Source: Pachysolen tannophilus NRRL Y-2460
Taxonomy: Eukaryota
Direction: 5' to 3'
Length of the DNA stretch: 64,000 nucleotides
NCBI GenBank assembly: GCA_001661245.1
Contig: KV454011.1
Location: forward strand, 2,099,271 to 2,163,270
Below the pieces are notes generated by a model, which did not search any database, was not told the origin of the DNA, and was given only the letters and a program-made list of their open reading frames with translations. Shown here piece after piece: positions 51,791-62,014 of this stretch (the first letter of the stretch is position 1; each line of letters opens with the position of its first letter). The translations under genes and the position numbers were made by a program.

Positions 51791-52437
51791 TTGTAGTACA
51801 AAAGATTTTTTTTTTCTTGGTCGGTATTAAAGGCTTCCGTCCGAGTTCTGCATATTTAATATTTTTTTAGGGCGGAAAACAAAAAAAAACAAAAAGAAAA
51901 AGTGAAAATCTGCTTCAAGATGCAGCGGCGGGTATTGTTCTTTTTTACCCATCAATGTTCCTCATTAATCCAAGAATTGTACATATACGGTAAGCAACTA
52001 ACATGGGACATGGATCGGTGTAGTTGTTGTTGTAATTGAATATTCTCTCTCTTTTCGATAGGTAATAATAATATATACAAGAATTGGAATTACAAAAAAA
52101 AATTTTTTTTCTTTCTCTCTCTTTCTTTCTGTTTCTCTTTCTCTCTTTTTCTTTTCTTTTTTAAGCTTTTGTAAGTTAACCTTAAGTTTAAAGTAACATT
52201 ATAACTCGGTTTTTGGTTGGGTTAACTTCAAAGTTAAGCCGTTGATAAGAATATAATTACTCTTATAGCATATACCTTTTTTTTCCAATTTTGAGATTCT
52301 ATTCAAAACTGAAATTGACTAGAATATATATATAAAAATATTTCATGTTATCTATTTTGATGGACTTTTGTGAGTGAGTGTGTGAGTGAGTGTGAGTTTT
52401 TTTTTTCAATAGAAACGAAGCTTAATTAAGTCAAGTC

Positions 52438-54474
52438 ATGGTCTATCATTTGATGAAGAAGGCAAAGTCCTATATTACACAACCACCATTTAATATTACA
52501 AATACAAGTATAACGGCAAATGGTTCTAATTCCTCTTCCAATGTGGATAAGAGGCCTCATCAGAAACTTGCACTCGAGGATATGGTTAACTCGGTTTTCC
52601 CGGAAGAAATTCCTGGGAGTTGTTTAAATTTTGAAAATGATAGTGAACCTATTAATGAAGATATTAAAAGGCTTACTTTACACCAGATATCACAGGAAGA
52701 ACTTCTTGATGTTATAAAAGAAGAAGCTAGGAAATTACCAGATAGCATTATAATAGATGATTTAACACCACCAGATCAGTTCCAGCCTCAGAATCAGCTT
52801 CTGATTCAAAATCAGTCTCGGTTTGATGTTGAAGAATTGCCAATAGTTTCATCACTGATGGGTCTGGTTGATGAAAGCGTTCAAGATCAAGAAAATGATA
52901 AGGAAATGTTATTTTTCAATACACAAGAAGTTGCCGATTCCAGTTTTGTTGTTTTCTACGAAAATGACGATTTCCAAATTTATGACGGCTGTACTCTTTT
53001 CGATAATACAAATGATTATTCTTCAATAGAATCCGAAGATGAAAATGAAGAATTGTACGGAGTATCTGGAGTATCTGGAGTAGAAGTTGATACCCAAGCT
53101 ATTCCAATACAAACATCCAATGCCCATGATCATTCAAGTTCATCTGTTCAGCCACAATCCCCGAAAGATTCATTAGCTTCATCTTTCCAGACAAGTCTTG
53201 ATAGCATTTTTTCTTCTCATAATGAAAACAACCATAATGAAAGTATTTTAACTACGCCTGATTTGAATAAATCACCTAAAACGGGTAATTTTATTCAGTC
53301 GGATAAAGGAACTCCAACTACCCCAGTTTTCCCAATTACCCCAACAACGAGAAAATTTGTGGTTGATCGCAATAGCTATGAATCTTCTAAATCAGATCAT
53401 TTTAATTCACCTTGTGCTACTGGAATAACAACAATTACTAGTATTGGTAGTGCTAATGCAAGTACTGATAAAGTATTTTGTACACATTCTCAATCTAAAA
53501 AATCATTAAAATCTCTGAGATCAAGTTTTATTGATAGTGATGAAGGAGGCCTTGGTAGAAGTTTAAGTAGTAGAAGTGCAAGAGATCTTAGAACTTATAA
53601 CTCATATACTGCTTTTTCTTCTTCTGATAATTTGGCAATTTCACTATCAGATACTTTTTCAACTTCCAAATTTTCACTCAAAAGATCAAATACTTATGAT
53701 TCTAATGGAAGACTGTATAATGAAAAACCAAGAGATTTGATTTCAGCGCTTGGTAGAAGAAATGATAAAGCCAAGCCTGCTTATGTTAAAAAATTTGAAT
53801 TGGCTTCATTAGTTAATAATATTAAATCATTAAATTTTTTCCCAATACCTACTTCTGCTTCAACATCACCTTTGTCTCCATCAAAACGTGTTAGAAGTTA
53901 CGAAATTTCACCTCCATCACCTTTAGATCATATTGAAAAAGATATTATTACCCCTCAAAGTATTGAAGCAAATAAATCAAGATTGGACGATTTTAAATTT
54001 TCAGATTTTAGTTTTCTGTTTACCGATAATATCAACAAAGAAAGAACACGTCCAAAGAGAGATATAGATTTGAAGTTAATGAATCCTCCAGTTCTTTACG
54101 GTATAAATGATGCTCGTCTAGATACCACTTTACTCGAATTGAACATGAAAAATTATTCAATGTTTGAAATAGGAATAGCTAATGAGAGTAATGATGGAGT
54201 TATCTCCCGTCATTCTACAAATCATGATCAATCCTTAACTGGTGATGATATTGATGAGCCTGGTATTGAAATTCCAGAAAGGTCAAGTAAGAGGCCAACA
54301 CTGCTCCAAAATTATACTAAATTTGGTTCATATTACAATAATGACGAAAATAATACGGCTTTATACCATGGAAGCCGTCATGTTAATACTAATAAAGGAT
54401 TCAATTATACTAATGGGGGAAATAGAACTTATTCGTATTATTCAATGTGTACCATCATGGAAGAAAATGATTAG
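52438..54474 (+). CDS. Hypothetical acidic, Ser-rich disordered protein
   Basis: 678-codon ORF with many S/T-P sites; no family recognised. Confidence 0.8.
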   Translation: MVYHLMKKAKSYITQPPFNITNTSITANGSNSSSNVDKRPHQKLALEDMVNSVFPEEIPGSCLNFENDSEPINEDIKRLTLHQISQEELLDVIKEEARKLPDSIIIDDLTPPDQFQPQNQLLIQNQSRFDVEELPIVSSLMGLVDESVQDQENDKEMLFFNTQEVADSSFVVFYENDDFQIYDGCTLFDNTNDYSSIESEDENEELYGVSGVSGVEVDTQAIPIQTSNAHDHSSSSVQPQSPKDSLASSFQTSLDSIFSSHNENNHNESILTTPDLNKSPKTGNFIQSDKGTPTTPVFPITPTTRKFVVDRNSYESSKSDHFNSPCATGITTITSIGSANASTDKVFCTHSQSKKSLKSLRSSFIDSDEGGLGRSLSSRSARDLRTYNSYTAFSSSDNLAISLSDTFSTSKFSLKRSNTYDSNGRLYNEKPRDLISALGRRNDKAKPAYVKKFELASLVNNIKSLNFFPIPTSASTSPLSPSKRVRSYEISPPSPLDHIEKDIITPQSIEANKSRLDDFKFSDFSFLFTDNINKERTRPKRDIDLKLMNPPVLYGINDARLDTTLLELNMKNYSMFEIGIANESNDGVISRHSTNHDQSLTGDDIDEPGIEIPERSSKRPTLLQNYTKFGSYYNNDENNTALYHGSRHVNTNKGFNYTNGGNRTYSYYSMCTIMEEND

Positions 54475-54900
54475 TTTTGTTTAGGAAATTTTTTTATTTT
54501 AATACGGAGTTGTTGCATTATTTATTTGATTTCTTTTTTATTTAGATAGGTTTTTATATTAATAGTTTTTAATTTAATCATCTTTTGCAGTAATTTACAA
54601 AGATACAATAATTTTCTATTGAATACAAAAAAACAAAAAAAAATAGTAATAGTAAAACATTTGTTAAAAACGTTATAACAAATGTATCATAACATATCCA
54701 AACCATAATTGTGCTAGATAAAGGATAAAAGATGAAAAAAAAAAAGAAAAAACTCCAATCAAATAGCAAAAAAAAAGAAAAAGACAAATCCTTATACTTC
54801 TATAAAGAGAAGCAAAACGCCATGGCTATTACCAGCCAAAATAAAATAAAATAAAAAAAAAAAAAAGCAAAAGGAAAATATTTGAGAATAATCATTCAAT

Positions 54901-55854
54901 TTATATTATTTGCGAAGTTGGATTTTCAAGTTTCTGCTTCAAGTAAGCTAATCGTTCATCTTGTTCTCTTGATATCTTTTGAAGGTGTTCTATATATTCA
55001 ACGGTTTTATTTAAAATCAATGCCTTATTAGCCCTAGTATCTTTTGTAATTTCTTTACCATCTTTATTGAATTGAATTTCAAATAATAAAGATGGTGGTA
55101 TAAGAGCTCCCAATTCTTTTATACGGTCTTTGATTAAATCTCTTCTTCTTCTTTCCACTGCATTATGGAATTCCCTTCTACGACGAAGTTTTTCTTCTTT
55201 TGACAAGTGTTGTTTTGGATGTAAATGTGTATGTTGTGATGATGGAGATGATGGAGAAAAATTAGCCTTTAAATTAGGAGAAAAGTTTGAAGGTGAATTA
55301 AAAGGTGGTGAAGCCAAATAATCTTGTTGTAACGAATTATATGGAGAATTATCAAAATCACTGAATCCACCTGGTGATATCAAATTGTTTAAATTTTGAT
55401 TATTATTAAAGGACAAGTTATTATAAGAACCTGGGTAATTGCTATTATTATCAACGGTATCAAGATTTCCATGAGAAACTCCTTTTGAACTTGGAGAAAA
55501 ATATTGCGAATTCAACAAATCAGAAAAATTACCACCACGCTGTTGCTGCAGCAGTTGCAGTTGTTGTGGAAGATTACGGTCATTATTATCATTGAGTGGG
55601 ATTGAATAATTTTGTTCCTGTTTAACTTGAGGATTTGTACCGGGAGAACTTAGTTCATCAATTATGTTTATTCCACTAGTTAAACCAAACGAATCAAGGT
55701 CTTCTAAGTATTTCTGATCTCCTATAACATTACCGGTAACGTTTCCACCATTATTATTATTATTATTACTATCTCTTGAGTTGGTGGCCGTTGGGCTAAT
55801 ATTATCGAAATCTAAAAAATCAAAACTCTCGGTATTATATGTGTTTGAATCCAT
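54901..55854 (-). CDS. RTG3: bHLH-Zip transcription factor Rtg3
   Basis: RRRREFHNAVERRRRDLIK..IKELG.LIPPSLL and NKALIL.KTVEYI. Divergent from SFT2, as in S. cerevisiae. Confidence 0.9.
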   Translation of the reverse strand: MDSNTYNTESFDFLDFDNISPTATNSRDSNNNNNNGGNVTGNVIGDQKYLEDLDSFGLTSGINIIDELSSPGTNPQVKQEQNYSIPLNDNNDRNLPQQLQLLQQQRGGNFSDLLNSQYFSPSSKGVSHGNLDTVDNNSNYPGSYNNLSFNNNQNLNNLISPGGFSDFDNSPYNSLQQDYLASPPFNSPSNFSPNLKANFSPSSPSSQHTHLHPKQHLSKEEKLRRRREFHNAVERRRRDLIKDRIKELGALIPPSLLFEIQFNKDGKEITKDTRANKALILNKTVEYIEHLQKISREQDERLAYLKQKLENPTSQII

Positions 55855-56127
55855 CTTTTAATCAATTATAAAATTTCATATATAAGGACAATCTAACATA
55901 GACGTGATGGATATAAACAATGAATCTTTCAATATGATCTAAAAGCCGATAAAATATTATATTATATTATATATTATATATATATTATTTGAATTAAAAT
56001 ATGTTGGGCGTCTCGAGGTATTTTTTTTTTTTTTTTTTTTTTTTTTGATTTTTGATTTTTCCTTATTATTGAATTAAATCATATTAATACAAAGAATTAA
56101 ACAAAACAAAACAAAAAAAGGTGGAAG

Positions 56128-56748
56128 ATGACAGAGGAGAATGGTAATCAACCTTCTCTATTTGCGAAATTTAGTAGTTGGAGATCTGATAATGCAGAAC
56201 CAAGTCTTTTAGATAATGTTTCAAATAGTTTATCTAGTTCATATAATGAGATATATCAAAGGTTACCTTTACATAATGGTGATTTAGAAAATACAAAATT
56301 TGAAGAACCATCATGGTTTAAATTATCTAAATTTGAAAGATTACTGTTATTTTTAATGTTTATTGCTGCATCAGTTATATGTTTTACATTAGGGATAATA
56401 TTATTTCCAGTATTAATTTTAAAACCAATTAAATTTGTTTTATTATGGGTACTTGGTTCATTTTTATTTATATTATCATTTGGTTGTTTACAAGGACCAT
56501 ATAATTATTTTAAACATTTAGTATCAAAGGATAGATTACCATTTACAATAATTTTTTTTGGAAGTAATTTAATAACTTTTTATGCTGCAATTGGTTTAAA
56601 ATCAACAATTTTAACAATAATTGGTGGAATTATTAGTTTAATAGCAATGTTATATTATACATTAAGTTATTTCCCATTTGGTGCACAAGGTTTCCAAATG
56701 ATTACCACTGTTGGATTGAGACAGTTTAGTAGTATTATAGGACTATAA
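56128..56748 (+). CDS. SFT2: Golgi membrane trafficking protein Sft2
   Basis: EEPSWFKLS.FER, KP.KF.LLW.LGS, RLPFT and SYFPFG; four transmembrane helices. Confidence 0.93.
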   Translation: MTEENGNQPSLFAKFSSWRSDNAEPSLLDNVSNSLSSSYNEIYQRLPLHNGDLENTKFEEPSWFKLSKFERLLLFLMFIAASVICFTLGIILFPVLILKPIKFVLLWVLGSFLFILSFGCLQGPYNYFKHLVSKDRLPFTIIFFGSNLITFYAAIGLKSTILTIIGGIISLIAMLYYTLSYFPFGAQGFQMITTVGLRQFSSIIGL

Positions 56749-57616
56749 ATAGATAGATGATAGTTGAATTAAATAAATTTTGATAAATCATTATTGGTTA
56801 GGGGATTATATAAAGTAGATTTATATATATAGAGAAAGAATTAAATAGTAGAAGGAAAGTGGCGGAAGAGTAACAGAAGAGTAGCAGGAGCGTGTCGGGC
56901 CTTCCGCCAAAAAAATTCGCCCCGAAGTTCTGTCGAGAAGTTTCGTTTCTCTCTGCTCTTTCCCCAGATCAAGTTCAAAGTTCCGCCCCAGCATTTTCTC
57001 AGTTTCCAAGTTTCCCGCGCTTTTCATCTTTTCTGCCAACTAAGCGGAACTTCTGCGCAAAACTGTTAGGCAACACTGTGGCCAAATTTCGGGCGGGAAC
57101 TTTTGGGCGGTAACGTTGGGAACTTTGGGCGGGAAAAACACTTTTTTTTTTAAATGTTTTTGAGCGCTTTCCGCACGACCTCTAAAAATTTTTTTTTTGT
57201 TTTGCGAAGAAAAAGATTTCCTTTTTAAACAATTGTGCGTATTATTAAATAAAAGTGTTAAAAAGAGAGAAACGAAGTTTAATAAAATATTGGAAACCTT
57301 TTTGAAGTTTTTGATAAATCTCTTTGAGATATCTTTATCTCTTGAAGTTGAAGATAATAGTATATATTCAAATATATTACTATAGGTTTTTTTTGCTATT
57401 TAAAAAAGGTTCCGTCTTTTTCTTTTATTTTTCTTGTTAGACGGTGTCTTTGTTGGCATAACCACTATTGTTAATATAGAGCGCAAAAAAAAAAGATTTT
57501 ATAAAAATAATAAGCAAAAAATCAAAATATTAAAAAGTTAGAAAGAGAAAGAGAAAGAGCTAGAGTGTTTGTGATTTCAAATAGAAAGAAGAGGTAAAAC
57601 TAAGTTAATAATAAAA

Positions 57617-59140
57617 ATGACATCAGGTAAAGAGATTCGTATTATTTCTTTATTGGCGCTAGATACAGTTTTCTTTTTTTTAGAGATTATAATTGGGTAT
57701 GCCGTTAATTCATTAGCTTTAATTGCTGATTCTTTCCATATGTTAAATGATATTATTAGTTTAATAGTTGCTTTATGGGCGGTAGGTGTTGCTAAGAATC
57801 GTCAAGCTGATAGTATGTATACTTATGGTTGGAAAAGGGCAGAAATTTTAGGAGCTTTAATTAATGCAGTTTTCCTATTAGCTCTTTGTTTTTCAATATT
57901 TGTTGAATCAATACAAAGATTTATTCAACCACAAGAAATTACAAATCCAAAATTGATTTTAATAGTTGGTTGTTCTGGGTTACTCTCAAACTTTGTTGGG
58001 TTACTTTTGTTTCATGAACATGGTGGTCATAGTCATTCCCATGGTGATTTCGAAGCTGGATCAATGGAGCTGAATCTGCATCAGCATAGTCACGGTGATC
58101 TTGATGGTTTCCATTTTGGCGGCAGCGGCAGCGGCGGCGGTAACCATGATGTTGATGGTGATACTACAGAGGAAGAATCCCAATTAGAACCTGGCTCGGA
58201 TATTGATTCTGTATTGCCTCTGACAGTTGTTAATAAAATGGTTGAAAATGAAAGACAATTGTTATTAGGAAGAGTTTCGGCAAAGACTAATAATAGTACA
58301 AAACGTTCTGGTCATGGTGCAGTAGACTATAACAACAATGATATTAATAATGATAACCATGGTCATTCACATTCTCATGAGGTTAATGAAGAAATTGACG
58401 AAGAACTTGATACAGATCATCATAAACATCATTCTTCGTCTTCCAAGAGTAAAAAATCACAATCTGGAAAATCACTTAATATGCAAGGTGTTTTCTTACA
58501 TGTGCTTGGTGATGCATTGGGTAACGTTGGTGTTATTGCCACTGCATTGTTCATTTGGAAAACTGATTTCACATGGAGATTTTATTTCGATCCAGCAGTC
58601 TCATTGCTTATAACTGGGATCATTTTTTCTTCGGCTTTACCCTTGTGTAGATCTTCATCTAAAATTCTTTTACAAGCAACTCCAACTGCTGTTTCTTATG
58701 ATAACGTTAGAGAAGATTTATTAAAAATTCCAAGAGTTATGTCGATTCATGATTTCCATATTTGGAACTTGACAGAGAAAGTATTCATTGCTTCTTTACA
58801 TGTTGAAATTGATGGTAATCCAGATGAATTTTTAAAAGTGGCGACCTCAATTAAACAATGTTTGCATAATTCGGGTATTCATAGTGTCACCATTCAACCA
58901 GAATTTACTGAATTTTACAGACATAGATCAACAGTATCATTAGTCGATGAAAATAATGACACCAAAAATCAAAATAACAATAATTATAGTACAAATGTTA
59001 ACAGTAATGGAAATAATACAACTATAGGCTCTTCCTTAATGGGATACGGAGCAGCAGGAAATAGCACAGAAGATGCCACAGAATGTATTGTTGATGAAAC
59101 CATTGGATGTAATACCGATAATTGTTTAGACGTTAAATGA
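57617..59140 (+). CDS. ZRC1: Vacuolar CDF zinc/cobalt transporter Zrc1/Cot1
   Basis: SLALIADSFHMLND, YTYGWKRAEILGALIN, NMQGVFLHVLGDALGN and His-rich loops. Confidence 0.95.
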   Translation: MTSGKEIRIISLLALDTVFFFLEIIIGYAVNSLALIADSFHMLNDIISLIVALWAVGVAKNRQADSMYTYGWKRAEILGALINAVFLLALCFSIFVESIQRFIQPQEITNPKLILIVGCSGLLSNFVGLLLFHEHGGHSHSHGDFEAGSMELNLHQHSHGDLDGFHFGGSGSGGGNHDVDGDTTEEESQLEPGSDIDSVLPLTVVNKMVENERQLLLGRVSAKTNNSTKRSGHGAVDYNNNDINNDNHGHSHSHEVNEEIDEELDTDHHKHHSSSSKSKKSQSGKSLNMQGVFLHVLGDALGNVGVIATALFIWKTDFTWRFYFDPAVSLLITGIIFSSALPLCRSSSKILLQATPTAVSYDNVREDLLKIPRVMSIHDFHIWNLTEKVFIASLHVEIDGNPDEFLKVATSIKQCLHNSGIHSVTIQPEFTEFYRHRSTVSLVDENNDTKNQNNNNYSTNVNSNGNNTTIGSSLMGYGAAGNSTEDATECIVDETIGCNTDNCLDVK

Positions 59141-59665
59141 AGAAAGTAAATTAATATTCAATATTCATACAAAGCTAATTTTTAGAAAATAATCATGAAA
59201 AGAAAAAAAAAATTAAAAAAAAAAGACAGGAATCTAGTTTTGCGATATATATATAAATGTATAAAGTTGTTACTTCGTTTAATGTGTAGTCTGACATCAA
59301 TTATACATCACCAAGTAGTATGGTCAAAGTTAATGAATAGCAATATATTAACGGTTTGTTTATGCTTTTGATTGTTTCATTTTTTTACTAATCTTAATTG
59401 AACTTATGGGCGTGTAATGATTAATTTCTCTTGCTTTATTTTTGTGAATTTTTTGTTAATTATATATATATGCTGATTGTAGAACGTTATGTTGAATATC
59501 ATATAGTCTTTAGAGTACAATTCATGATTTTTTTCCTTAATAATATATGTTCAGCAAAAGGAAAAGAAAAAAAAAAAAAAAATGAAAATCAATACAGTTT
59601 TGTAACGACCCAACCCAAATTCTATATTTTATTTTTTTGTTATACACCACCGCATCTTATTTTAT

Positions 59666-61483
59666 TTAATCATCTAGCCATCTTTCTATTGTTTCATATC
59701 CATATAACATGTCTTCAATCTCGTTTGTGTTGAAAATATCTATGCCTTCGCCAAATGCAGAATCTGTAACTTGAAAGTTATCAGAATCGAGATCATTTGC
59801 AGAGAAACCTCTTTTTTGAAGATTTTTGTTGGCATCATTATCGTTGATCTCTGTGTTTTCGTTATTGCCTTTTTCTTTCTCGCCGTCTGGTAACTGGTTA
59901 TTACCATCTTGATTTTCTTGTGCTATTTGGCCATTGTTTTCAATATTCTCATTATTATTATTATTATTATTATTACTGTTGTCGTTGTTGTTGTTGTTAT
60001 TGTTGTTATTGTTATTATTATTATTGTTGTTATTATTATTATCTTGGCTTTCCTTGTTTGCATTTTCCTCACCATTTGCGTTTGCTTCTGCAGCACTTTT
60101 TTGTTTTGCCAGTGCTGCTTCCAGGGCCACTTTCTGTGCTTTTACCCTTGCTGAGTTATGTATTGGTCTATATTTCCTCTTTGGTGCTCCAGCGGGCCTC
60201 TCATAACCATTGACATCAAAATATTTTGTAATACAACTATTTATACCCCAAGTAGTATCAAATTTATGATTACAATCACAATTTTTCTCCATTCTAATAT
60301 CAAAGTTTCTAGGGCAATCTCCATTTGGATTATGGAAATATCCTGTATTTTGAAAAAAATGTAATTGATCTTTAGGTAATAGTAATGAGACAGCAATTGT
60401 ATGGATTGGAGCATCCCCCCATCTTTCGTAAAATATACCACCTATTTGATCCAAATAATCAAAAAAATGGTTATAAGTTTCACTTCGGAAAAATTCTAAA
60501 TCACCAATTTCGAAATTTGACCAAAAATGACACATATTGAAATTTTCACCTTCATCATCTGTTAAAAATAAAAAATTATTATTTGGTGCAAGTTTTTGAG
60601 GAAAAATTTGAGTATAATTCTTAACTGTATCCCATAAAGTTTCAACTGTTGTATGTAACTCCAAAGGAGCAAGTGTAAAACCATATATTTTATTTTCTTC
60701 TCTCATCATTTTAAAAGGATCATAATCTATATCACAGTGATATTCAATATCGGGTTCAATACGCCAATAATACCTATAATCTTGTAAAGCTGGTAATTTA
60801 TAAAACAATCCACTATTAAAACGACACATCAACCGATAACTTTCACTATTACCATATTTGATCTTTTGTCTAGCCATTTCTTTTCTAACTTCTTTGGCCC
60901 TATCTTTATCTATCCATTCTGGTATTGACCAAAATTCATCTGTTAATTCAACAAATATTGATCTACCAGAAACAAATTTACTAACTATTTTTTTAAAATC
61001 CAAAGTAAAAGGTTTATCATTTGCAAACACCCAATCATAATGATACCTCTTGTTGAATCTATCTTCAACTTGTCTAATAGAACGTAATATTCCATATAAA
61101 TCAGAATTTCTTACCAATGAAAAGAAAACTCCATTTTCTCGTGTTATTTCATTTTGAACTTGTAACAGCAGTCCTTCTTTTTCTATAATTAATGCAATAC
61201 CTTTCCCCTTAGATTCAAATATGCTATCATCAGATACTTGTTCCACACTGCTACTTTCAGGTTCTATATTAGATACAACTTCACCTAACCCCAATGAAAC
61301 AATATTTTCTGGTCTGCTATTTTGTATAACAATACTATTTATTATTAACGTTTCTTCCTTAATGAATGATATAAATAATGAAAGACCAATCAAAGTCATC
61401 ATCGACACTAAGAAGAGTCTTAACTTCTGTCTACCTGATAACCTCATGAACTTTATGAGATATCCACGTAAGAAAAACCTCAT
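59666..61483 (-). CDS. Kre2/Ktr-family (GT15) alpha-1,2-mannosyltransferase with poly-Asn tail
   Basis: Type II anchor, YRLMCRFNSG, YYWRIEPD, CHFWSNFEIG and FYERWGDAPIH. The start may be the second Met. Confidence 0.93.
   Translation of the reverse strand: MRFFLRGYLIKFMRLSGRQKLRLFLVSMMTLIGLSLFISFIKEETLIINSIVIQNSRPENIVSLGLGEVVSNIEPESSSVEQVSDDSIFESKGKGIALIIEKEGLLLQVQNEITRENGVFFSLVRNSDLYGILRSIRQVEDRFNKRYHYDWVFANDKPFTLDFKKIVSKFVSGRSIFVELTDEFWSIPEWIDKDRAKEVRKEMARQKIKYGNSESYRLMCRFNSGLFYKLPALQDYRYYWRIEPDIEYHCDIDYDPFKMMREENKIYGFTLAPLELHTTVETLWDTVKNYTQIFPQKLAPNNNFLFLTDDEGENFNMCHFWSNFEIGDLEFFRSETYNHFFDYLDQIGGIFYERWGDAPIHTIAVSLLLPKDQLHFFQNTGYFHNPNGDCPRNFDIRMEKNCDCNHKFDTTWGINSCITKYFDVNGYERPAGAPKRKYRPIHNSARVKAQKVALEAALAKQKSAAEANANGEENANKESQDNNNNNNNNNNNNNNNNNNNDNSNNNNNNNNENIENNGQIAQENQDGNNQLPDGEKEKGNNENTEINDNDANKNLQKRGFSANDLDSDNFQVTDSAFGEGIDIFNTNEIEDMLYGYETIERWLDD
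59951..60041 (-). repeat. (AAT/AAC)n trinucleotide tract encoding poly-Asn
   Basis: About 30 near-consecutive Asn codons in the mannosyltransferase C-terminus. Confidence 0.9.
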
Positions 61484-62014
61484 AACGACAATTTTTATTA
61501 TATGTCGTATTTACTGTTAATGCTGATTGGTAAAAAAAAAAAAAAAAAAAAATTTTGCAAACAAACACCGAATTTCTACCTCCTAAGCTATCATTAAAAG
61601 AAGTTTAGATCATATATGACGAAATCAAAGAGTGAATAACTATAATATCAACTTCTATTGCCTATTTAGTGGATATTATTATTATACATAACTTTAAGTT
61701 ACAAATTATCTTCAATGTTGACATCAAAAAAACTGTACCTTGAAGGCTTTTTCTTTCTGTTGAATTTGGCTGAGTAAAAAAAATAAAAAAAAATAAAAAA
61801 AATAAAAAAATATTGTCACTTACCAAAAAATAGGCTTGGACGATGACGATATTGATATTGACCATAAGAATTAAGCACCATGAATCATTAGCTACAAAGG
61901 TATATAGATAGATAGATACTTATTTTTATAGAGATCGTTATTTCGTTAAATTCAAGTAAGAAGCTATATATAATATACAATAGTGAGATGATGGGAATTT
62001 AGGTAAAAGTTGAA

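Noticed and set aside
59909..60213. Plus-strand poly-Ile/Val, poly-Tyr/Cys and poly-Leu ORFs
   Set aside because: Antisense readings of the poly-Asn trinucleotide tract.
61737..61747. ACCTTGAAGGC, a near match to the Zap1 zinc-response element
   Set aside because: One mismatch, single copy, and upstream of the mannosyltransferase rather than ZRC1; insufficient support.
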